DNA from: Clostridiales bacterium | Lineage (GTDB): Bacteria; Bacillota; Clostridia; TANB77; CAG-508 | Assembly: GCA_003534295.1 (NCBI GenBank) | Contig: DPDV01000003.1 | Location: 1,580-33,579 of the forward strand | DNA length: 32,000 nucleotides | Direction of reading: 5' to 3' | Shown here: in pieces, positions 9,199 to 18,663 of the stretch | Layout: every line of letters starts with the position of its first letter | Numbering within the stretch: the first letter of the stretch is position 1 | The notes under the pieces: generated by a model | What the model was told of the DNA's origin: nothing | The model's input: the letters and a program-made list of their open reading frames with translations, nothing else | The model's database searches: none | Position numbers and translations under genes: made by a program

Positions 9199-10317
9199 AT
9201 GAAAATAGTTTGTGAAAAGGAAAATATCCTTAAAGCTATTAATTCCGTAACAAAAGCTGTTGCTAGTAAAACTACAATGCCTATATTAGAAGGAATTTTA
9301 ATTCAAACTAATGATAATGATATAAAGTTTACAACATATGATTTAGAAATGGGGATAGAATATATTATTAATGAAGCACAAATAATAGAACAAGGTGCTA
9401 CTGTTGTAAATAGTATAATGTTTAGTGAAATTATAAGAAAATTACCAGATACAGAAATAAGTATATCTTTAGATAAGAATAATTTACTAATAATAGAATG
9501 TGAAGGTTCATTATATAAATTAGCAACAATGAATCCAGAAGAATTTCCAGAACTTCCAAAGATAGATGTTGAAAATTCTATAGAATTAGAACAAAAATCT
9601 TTAAAAGAAATGATAAGAAAAACTATTTTTGCTGTTAGTACAGAAGAAAATAGACCAATTTTTACAGGATGCTTATTTGAAATTAAAAATAATAGATTAA
9701 ATGTTGTTGCTGTTGATGGATTTAGATTGGCATGGAAAACTAAAGCTTTAAAAGAAGCAGTAAAAGATTTTGTTGCTGTAATACCAGGCAGAACTTTAAA
9801 TGAAATAAATAAAATTTTATTAGACTCTTTTGATATAGTAAAAATAGGAGTAAATAAAAATCAAGCATTATTTGAAATGGAAAATTGCAAAATTGTAACA
9901 AGATTATTAGATGGGGAATTTTTAAATTATTCAAGTGTTATTCCAGAAAACTGGGAAACAAGGATAAGGGTAGATAGAAAAAATATTCAAGACTGTTTTG
10001 AAAGAATAAGTTTGATTTCTGCATCAGCAATAGAAAAAGAAAAAAAATATCCTGTTAAAGTATGTGTGGATATAGGTAAAGTTATAATATCCTGTACAAA
10101 TCAAACAGGAGATGCAAAAGAAGAAATTTATTGTGCTACAGAAGGACAAAACCTAGAGGCAGGATTTAATCCTAAATATTTCTTGGATGCGTTACGTGCA
10201 ATAGATGACCCAGAAATATATGTTGATTTTGGTACAAGTATTTCACCATGTATTATAAGACCTATTGATGATGGAGATTATATATATATGATTTTACCAA
10301 TAAGAATGAAGGAATAA
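9199..10317 (+). CDS. dnaN: DNA polymerase III beta sliding clamp
   Basis: 372 aa. Conserved position after dnaA. Typical start MKI.CEKE.L..AI..V..AV. AAGGAG SD. Confidence 0.95.
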   Translation: MKIVCEKENILKAINSVTKAVASKTTMPILEGILIQTNDNDIKFTTYDLEMGIEYIINEAQIIEQGATVVNSIMFSEIIRKLPDTEISISLDKNNLLIIECEGSLYKLATMNPEEFPELPKIDVENSIELEQKSLKEMIRKTIFAVSTEENRPIFTGCLFEIKNNRLNVVAVDGFRLAWKTKALKEAVKDFVAVIPGRTLNEINKILLDSFDIVKIGVNKNQALFEMENCKIVTRLLDGEFLNYSSVIPENWETRIRVDRKNIQDCFERISLISASAIEKEKKYPVKVCVDIGKVIISCTNQTGDAKEEIYCATEGQNLEAGFNPKYFLDALRAIDDPEIYVDFGTSISPCIIRPIDDGDYIYMILPIRMKE

Positions 10318-10318
10318 T

Positions 10319-11388
10319 ATGCACATAAACAAAGTAGAATTACATAATTTTAGAAACTATGAGAATCAAGAAATAAAATTAAAAAAAAATATAAATGTTT
10401 TTTATGGAGATAATGCACAGGGCAAAACTAATATTTTAGAAGCAATTTTCTTATGTGCTTTTGGAAAATCTTTTAGAACAACACGAGAAAAAGAGCTTAT
10501 TAAATTAGGTGAAGAAAATGCTAGGATAAAAGTTGAGTATTCTAAAAAAGACAGAGATGGAAACATTTTAATTTGTATTTCTGATAAAAAGCAAATTTTA
10601 GTAAATGGTGTAAAAATTAAAAAATTAAGTGAGCTATTAGGTAAAATAAATATTGTTATATTTACACCAGATGATATTAATATATTAAAAGGAACTCCTG
10701 CACTAAGAAGAAGATTTTTAGATATGATGATAGGACAATTAAGACCAAATTATGTATACATTCTAAATATGTATAATAAAACATTAGAACAAAGAAACAA
10801 TTATTTAAGACAGATAAGACAAGAGGGAAAAGCAGAGAGTTTATTGGAAATATGGGATGAAAAACTAGTTGAATATGGTAATATAATAAGTAATTATAGA
10901 AGAGAGTTTATAAATAAAATTATAGAAAAGATAAACATAATACATAAAAAAATAACAAATGATAATGAAAAAATTGATATTATTTATACATCTTGTTGTG
11001 AAAATAAGAAAAATTATATGGATTTATTAACACAAAGAAGAAAATTAGACATTATAAAAGGATATACAACAAAGGGGATACATAGAGATGATTTTGAGGT
11101 ATACATAAATGACAAAGAATTAAGTATCTATGGATCTCAAGGGCAAAATAGAACAGCAGTATTATCGCTAAAATTGTCTGAATTACAAGTGATTCATGAT
11201 GAAATTGAAGAAGAGCCAATTTTACTATTAGATGATTTTATGTCAGAACTAGATATAAAAAGAAGAAGAAATTTTTTAAATAATATAAATAATACACAAG
11301 TAATAATAACTTGTGCAGAAAAAATAAACTTTATTAATGAAAATGTGGATTATTACTTGTATCAAGTAAAAAAAGGAGAGATAATTTA

Positions 11389-11389
<1 letters not shown>
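10319..11389 (+). CDS. recF: DNA replication and repair protein RecF
   Basis: 356 aa. N-terminal Walker A FYGDNAQGKTNILEAI and C-terminal LLLDDFMSELD Walker B. Starts 2 nt after the dnaN stop. Confidence 0.95.
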
Positions 11390-13580
<2,191 letters not shown>

Positions 13581-13591
13581 TGGAGAATAAG

Positions 13592-13626
13592 AAATAGCAA
13601 GGAATATTACCTTGCTATTTCTTATC
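13592..13626 (+). terminator. Rho-independent terminator after gyrB
   Basis: 11-bp stem AAATAGCAAGG (13592-13602) / CCTTGCTATTT (13610-13620) with a 7-nt loop and a T-rich tail. Confidence 0.6.
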
Positions 13627-14097
13627 GATAAAGCTAGTATTAATCTTCAGCTAAAACTAATATACCTAACTTTTAACCTAATATACATTACTGCATAAAT
13701 AAGCTATTCACCAAATATATTAATCAGTTGCTCGACTATTAATGCACCAATAATAACCATATTCATCCACGAAGGGACTAAAAATGACCACTATAAAATA
13801 CAAGAATAATCTTAACTTCGAATATATTGCATATATTACAACCATATATTAAAAATATAAAAAAGTACAATATAGCTTACATACAAACAATATACTCTCG
13901 TCGCCGACTTATAATAATCTAAAGTTATTAAACCATTATAAATCTTTGCTCGAATAATATAAAACTCAAAAAATAAATCCCATATTACTCTTAGTTCAAC
14001 TAATATTAACCTTATGCTAATATTATGTCTAATTTAATTTTTTTTATACATAAAAATAAAATAAAATAAAATGTCGAAAAATGGAATACGAAAAACA

Positions 14098-14126
14098 TTG
14101 ACTAAAAGCACAAATTATTGTAATCT
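14098..14126 (+). promoter_or_regulatory. Candidate promoter of T4SS-like module 1: TTGACT-17-TAATCT
   Basis: TTGACT at 14098-14103 and TAATCT at 14121-14126. Preceded by phased (AAAAT)n A-tracts and a perfect TGTCGAA at 14072-14078. Confidence 0.35.
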
Positions 14127-14173
14127 AATTATAGTTAAAATTTATATTTTTAATTCTATAAAAAAGGAGGTTT

Positions 14174-14737
14174 ATGAAAAAAAATAATTCTATTCAAGAA
14201 TGGTTGCCTTTTGAAAGAATATTAAAAAATGGAATTATAAAATTAAAAAATAATTCTTATATAAAAATAATAAAAATATATCCAATTAATTTTAATTTAA
14301 AATCGGAATTGGAGAAAGAGGCAATTTTAAATTCATATAAAATATTTTTAAAAACATGCGATTTTAATTTTCAAATTTTAATTCAAAGTAAAAAAGAAGA
14401 TTTATCTAAACATATTTCCAATATAAATTGTCAAAAGGAAAAAGAAGAAAAAAGTATATCAGAGTATTCAAATAAATATATAGAATATATTCAATCATTA
14501 AATCATCAAAAAAAATCATCATCAAAAAATTTTTATATAATATTAAAGTATAAAAATGATGATAAAAAAATTAAAACAGTAGATGATTTGGCGATTGAAA
14601 ACTTAAATGATAAATATTTTAAGATAAAAGATTGCTTAAGCAGATGTGGAAATGGTGTTATAGATATAAATAATATTAATGATTCAAAAAATGTTTTATT
14701 TTCTTTTTTAAATTCCAGAATTTATTTAAATAATTAA
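14174..14737 (+). CDS. VirB4/TraE-family conjugation ATPase, N-terminal domain encoded as a separate ORF
   Basis: 187 aa. IQEWLPFERILKNGIIKLKNNSYIKIIKIYPINFNLKSELEKEAIL..FLK resembles, from memory, the N-termini of Gram-positive VirB4 proteins (Tn916 Orf16 / TcpF type). Strong AGGAGG SD. It lies directly upstream of the ATPase ORF. Confidence 0.55.
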   Translation: MKKNNSIQEWLPFERILKNGIIKLKNNSYIKIIKIYPINFNLKSELEKEAILNSYKIFLKTCDFNFQILIQSKKEDLSKHISNINCQKEKEEKSISEYSNKYIEYIQSLNHQKKSSSKNFYIILKYKNDDKKIKTVDDLAIENLNDKYFKIKDCLSRCGNGVIDINNINDSKNVLFSFLNSRIYLNN

Positions 14738-14801
14738 AAAATGAGGTGATGAAAATATTAATATAATAAATAAAATATTTAATAAAAATAAAAAAAATGA
14801 G

Positions 14802-16583
14802 ATGATTTTTTTACAAGGAACTTATGACGAAATTAAAGAAATAGCACCAACATATATTAATTTAAAAAATCCACAATATATAGAAATAGATGAGATGTAC
14901 TATTCTAGTATATTAATAACTAATTATTACAGGGAGCAAACAGATTTAATTTTAAAAACAATAATAGATACAAATATTAATCTAAACATATCTATTTTTT
15001 GTGAAAAACAAGATACATATAGAACAATAAAAGATTTGACTTATCATATAGGCAATGTAGGCGTAGATTTAAAAACAAATAATCAAAATAGGCAAGACAT
15101 AGATATTGCGGCATTTACGTATAATGACGCTAAATATATAAGAAAAGAACTACAAGTAAATAATGAGAGTTTATATTTTTTATATATTTATATAACAACA
15201 TTTTCTACAAATTTGAAGGAATTGGAGTATTTTATTAATAAATTAGAAGGACTTTTACAAAGTAAAGGATTGCAAACACGTAAAGCATATTTTAGGCAAG
15301 AGCAAGCTTTTTTGTCTGTTTTACCAATAATGGAAAATAATGAAGATTTAAAAAATGTATTAAAAAGGAATGTATTAACAGGAGGATTAATATCAACATA
15401 TCCATTTATTTCATCTGCAATTTTTGATGAAAATGGAATTTTTGTAGGAACTAATATTTATAACAATTCTTTAGTATTTGTGGATAGATATGATACAAAT
15501 AAATACAAAAATGCAAATATTTGCATTTTTGGAACTAGTGGAGCAGGTAAGTCGTTTTATACAAAATTATTAATTTTAAGATATAGATTATTAGGGATAG
15601 AACAATATATTATAGATCCAGATCGAGAATATGGTGAATTATGCAAAAATTTAAATGGCACATTAATAAAAATTGGACCAGGTTCTGATACTTTTATAAA
15701 TATATTTGATATAAGAGAAGATAGCTTAGAAGATGGAGAAACAGGATACTTAGCAAATAAAATTGGTAAACTAATAGGTTTTTTTAATTTGATTTTCGGA
15801 GATATAAATGAGGAAGAAAAAGCAATATTAGAAGAAAAACTAATAGAGTTGTATAAAAGAAAAGGTATAACATTTGATGATAATTCGTTACATAAAATTG
15901 AAAAAAATAAAATTAATATAAAACCAGATTTTAAAGACACATATGATATGCCATTACTTGAGGATTTGTGTAATTTACTTGATGAAGATGAAAAAACAAA
16001 AATATTAAAAATAAGGCTAATTCCATTTGTGAAAGGTTCATTAAGTTTCTTTAATAATTATACAAACCTCAATTTAAATAATAAATTAATTGTTGCAGAT
16101 ATTTACGAGATGGGAGAAGAAAATTTAAAATATGCAATGTATTTATTTGTTGATTATTTTTGGGATAGAATAAAAAAGGATAGAAATATAAAAAAGGCAA
16201 TTTATTTAGATGAAATTTGGAGATTAATAGGTGTAACATCAAATAAAGACGTTGCTAGTTTTATATATAAAATATTTAAAACAATAAGAAAATTTGGCGG
16301 AAGTAGTGTGGCAATAACTCAAGATATATCAGATTTATTTAGTTTGGAAGAAGGAATATATGGTAAAAGTATTTTAAATAATTCAGAAATAAAAACGTTT
16401 TTTGCACTAGAGGAAGAAAATATAATATTATTAAGTAAATATACTAATCTTTCTGAAAAGGAAAAAATAGAAATAAAATCTCTAAAAAGAGGAGAATGTT
16501 TGATGTTTGTTGGAAATGAACATATTTTGACTAAAATAGATGCAGCAGAATACGAAAAAAATATTATTGAAAAAGGATTGTGA
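14802..16583 (+). CDS. virB4: VirB4/TraE-family (AAA_10-type) T4SS ATPase, central and C-terminal part
   Basis: 593 aa. Walker A IFGTSGAGKSFYTKLL (15531-15554) followed by YIIDPDREYGELC..INIFDI. Walker B AIYLDEIWRL and ITQDISD. The first ATG has no SD. An extended SD (GAGGTGAT, 14743-14750) lies 51 nt upstream and the frame is open from 14745, so the true start may be non-ATG (for example ATT at 14757). Confidence 0.8.
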   Translation: MIFLQGTYDEIKEIAPTYINLKNPQYIEIDEMYYSSILITNYYREQTDLILKTIIDTNINLNISIFCEKQDTYRTIKDLTYHIGNVGVDLKTNNQNRQDIDIAAFTYNDAKYIRKELQVNNESLYFLYIYITTFSTNLKELEYFINKLEGLLQSKGLQTRKAYFRQEQAFLSVLPIMENNEDLKNVLKRNVLTGGLISTYPFISSAIFDENGIFVGTNIYNNSLVFVDRYDTNKYKNANICIFGTSGAGKSFYTKLLILRYRLLGIEQYIIDPDREYGELCKNLNGTLIKIGPGSDTFINIFDIREDSLEDGETGYLANKIGKLIGFFNLIFGDINEEEKAILEEKLIELYKRKGITFDDNSLHKIEKNKINIKPDFKDTYDMPLLEDLCNLLDEDEKTKILKIRLIPFVKGSLSFFNNYTNLNLNNKLIVADIYEMGEENLKYAMYLFVDYFWDRIKKDRNIKKAIYLDEIWRLIGVTSNKDVASFIYKIFKTIRKFGGSSVAITQDISDLFSLEEGIYGKSILNNSEIKTFFALEEENIILLSKYTNLSEKEKIEIKSLKRGECLMFVGNEHILTKIDAAEYEKNIIEKGL

Positions 16584-16589
16584 TAAAAA

Positions 16590-17858
16590 ATGAAAAAAAT
16601 AATTACCGCATTAGCAGAACCACAACTTAATAATGAACTAAAAAAGGAAAAGGATTTTATTGTCATTGGAAAAGATATTCAATATCAAGAAGGGGTAATA
16701 GAAATACTGGAAACTGAAAAAGAAGTGGACTTTTTAATAATAAGTGAAGCTTTACCAGGTAATGAAAAAATAGAAAATTTAATAGAAAAAATTAAGCAAA
16801 TAAATAATGAAGTAAATATAGTAATTATTTTAGAAAATAAAAAAGAAGAGTTAGAGAAAAATTTATATTCAAAAAATGTATATTTAATTTTATATAATAA
16901 AATAGAAATTAAAGAAATAATTAAATTAATAAAAAACAAAAAAGAAGACGAAAACGAAAAAATAAAAAAAGAAATAAATGATTTAAAGAAAATTATAATA
17001 GAACAAAATAGCAAAAATAAGCAAAATAAAAAACAAAAAATAAAAGAGGTAAAAGAATTAAATTCACAAAAAGAAATTATTTGTATTTTAGGTAGCGGCG
17101 GTGTAGGGAAAAGCATTTTCACAGTTAATTTAGCTAAATCATTAATTTATTCAAAGAAAAAAATATTAATAATAGATTTTGATATTTTAAATAATTCTCT
17201 TCATACAATTTTAGGTGTCAAAAAATATTCTGAAAAAATCTCCAAAAAAATAAAAGAAAATAATTTAATAAAAGATAAAATAGGTTTAAAAGAATTAAAA
17301 ATTAAAATAAATAAAAGAATTGATTTAATTTCAGGAATAAATTTATTATTCGATTCTAAATATAAAATTAATAATATTCAATTTAATAATTTATTTAATG
17401 ATGTTAAAAAATTTTATGATGTTATAATAATAGATACTTCTTCAGAATGTTTTTTTAATTATACAAAAGATATAATAAAAAAAAGTAATATAAATATTTT
17501 TATTGTTGAGCCAAATTTATTGGAAATACAGAAATCAAAAAATATTTTAAAAATATATAAAGAAGAATGGAATATAGATAATAATAAAATAAATATTTTA
17601 TTTAATAAGTTTAATAAAAATTCAATAGATATTAACATTTTAAAAATAATTTTTTCTGAATACAATATTATTGGAAAAATAGATATAAATAATAAATATA
17701 ATTTAATAATAAATAAAAATGCAAATAAAATAGATAAAAATATAAAAAAAGAGTATTTAAAAATTATAGAAAAATATTTAATGAACAGAAAAAAACAAAA
17801 TTTTATAAAAAAAATAAAAAATAAAATATTAGAAGTTAGGAGAAGTAAAAATGAATGA
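16590..17858 (+). CDS. ParA/MinD-superfamily ATPase with N-terminal receiver-like domain (TadZ/CpaE architecture)
   Basis: 422 aa. Residues ~1-115 look like a receiver fold (DFLIISEALPGNEKIENLIEKIK) with Ser/Glu where the phospho-Asp is expected. Then a K/N-rich linker. P-loop ILGSGGVGKS (17091-17114), IIDFD and Walker B YDVIIIDTSS. Confidence 0.7.
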   Translation: MKKIITALAEPQLNNELKKEKDFIVIGKDIQYQEGVIEILETEKEVDFLIISEALPGNEKIENLIEKIKQINNEVNIVIILENKKEELEKNLYSKNVYLILYNKIEIKEIIKLIKNKKEDENEKIKKEINDLKKIIIEQNSKNKQNKKQKIKEVKELNSQKEIICILGSGGVGKSIFTVNLAKSLIYSKKKILIIDFDILNNSLHTILGVKKYSEKISKKIKENNLIKDKIGLKELKIKINKRIDLISGINLLFDSKYKINNIQFNNLFNDVKKFYDVIIIDTSSECFFNYTKDIIKKSNINIFIVEPNLLEIQKSKNILKIYKEEWNIDNNKINILFNKFNKNSIDINILKIIFSEYNIIGKIDINNKYNLIINKNANKIDKNIKKEYLKIIEKYLMNRKKQNFIKKIKNKILEVRRSKNE

Positions 17859-18564
17859 TTTAGAAATAGGACAAAATATAGCAAATGTAAATAATTTAGA
17901 AAAAGAGCAAAATAAATTTTTAGAAACAACACTTGGAAAAACAATTAACACGGCAGTAAATATAGGATTAAGATGGGTACTACCAGATTTAATTGAAGAT
18001 GAAATAATTAATATAAAAGATAGTTTGGTTAAGGGAGGTTTAAAACAAGGAATTAATACAGCAATTAATTCTGCAATAAATTTAGGAAAAAGTGCGATGG
18101 GAATATTTACTGGAAACTTTGAAAATTTATCACAAGCGCAGGAGGCAATAAAAAGCGGAGGAATAATTGATAGTTTATCAAATGTTTTAGATTCAGTACT
18201 AAGCAAAGTAACCAAAAAAGGTTGGATAAAATATGGAACATCAACGCTTATAAGGCAAGGAAAAAATGTTATATTAGACAATATTTCTAAAAGTATTGAA
18301 AATAGCTTTACAAATCAAATAAATAATTTAGACAAATTAGTAAAATATGAAAACAACTGGAAAGCGTATTATAAAGACAAAAACCTAAATGGAATGGAAA
18401 AAGAATATAGAAAAATAAACGAGAAGTTAAAAGAATTAATGCCATTTGAAACAGCTTTAAAACAGGCAAGACAAATAGAAAATCTTCATAAAATAATAAA
18501 AAACAATGGAGGAGATTTTAATTTGACTCAAGAACAAATAGAATTAAGTAAAATGCTAGTTTAG
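17851..18564 (+). CDS. Hypothetical protein, last gene of module 1
   Basis: 237 aa. AGGAGAAG SD inside the end of the previous gene and an 8-nt overlap (ATGAATGA). Gly/Asn-rich amphipathic repeats (GINTAINSAINLGKSAMGI). No signal peptide or TM segment seen. Confidence 0.6.
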   Translation: MNDLEIGQNIANVNNLEKEQNKFLETTLGKTINTAVNIGLRWVLPDLIEDEIINIKDSLVKGGLKQGINTAINSAINLGKSAMGIFTGNFENLSQAQEAIKSGGIIDSLSNVLDSVLSKVTKKGWIKYGTSTLIRQGKNVILDNISKSIENSFTNQINNLDKLVKYENNWKAYYKDKNLNGMEKEYRKINEKLKELMPFETALKQARQIENLHKIIKNNGGDFNLTQEQIELSKMLV

Positions 18565-18598
18565 TTACTAGAAATAACAGTTTTTTCTGCGTTTTTCC

Positions 18599-18627
18599 TT
18601 GCATAATTTTTTTCAGTTTAGTATAAT
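18599..18627 (+). promoter_or_regulatory. Candidate gyrA promoter: TTGCAT-17-TATAAT
   Basis: TTGCAT at 18599-18604, 17-nt spacer and TATAAT at 18622-18627, 36 nt upstream of the gyrA ATG. Confidence 0.55.
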
Positions 18628-18663
18628 TATAAAAGACAAAAGGCAGAAAGGAATGGTAAAAAA

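Larger units (their letters stand above)
13627..18598 (+). mobile_element. Possible inserted island separating gyrB from gyrA (T4SS-like module 1); no recombinase or att repeats seen
   Basis: Bounded by the gyrB terminator and a dedicated gyrA promoter. It contains conjugation-type genes. The first ~550 bp are ORF-free with inverted G/C skew. Confidence 0.3.

Noticed and set aside
13784-13852. 22-codon sORF (MTTIKYKNNLNFEYIAYITTIY) with a GAAGGGA 6 nt upstream, in the ORF-free junction. It is tempting as a pheromone-like regulator of the transfer genes.
   Set aside because: It is not hydrophobic or signal-like, unlike known conjugation pheromone or inhibitor precursors. Short ORFs of this length are expected by chance in AT-rich DNA, and I cannot check conservation.
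14749-14766. Mini-ORF ATG AAA ATA TTA ATA TAA directly after GAGGTG in the VirB4 gap
   Set aside because: The ATG abuts the SD with essentially no spacing. Five codons give no basis for calling a gene. It is mentioned only as context for the start-site problem.
14735-14802. Programmed +1/-1 ribosomal frameshift fusing the two VirB4 ORFs at the A6 run (14736-14741)
   Set aside because: The first frame stops at 14735-14737, before the second frame opens (it has TGA at 14742-14744). No single shift can produce a fusion protein.
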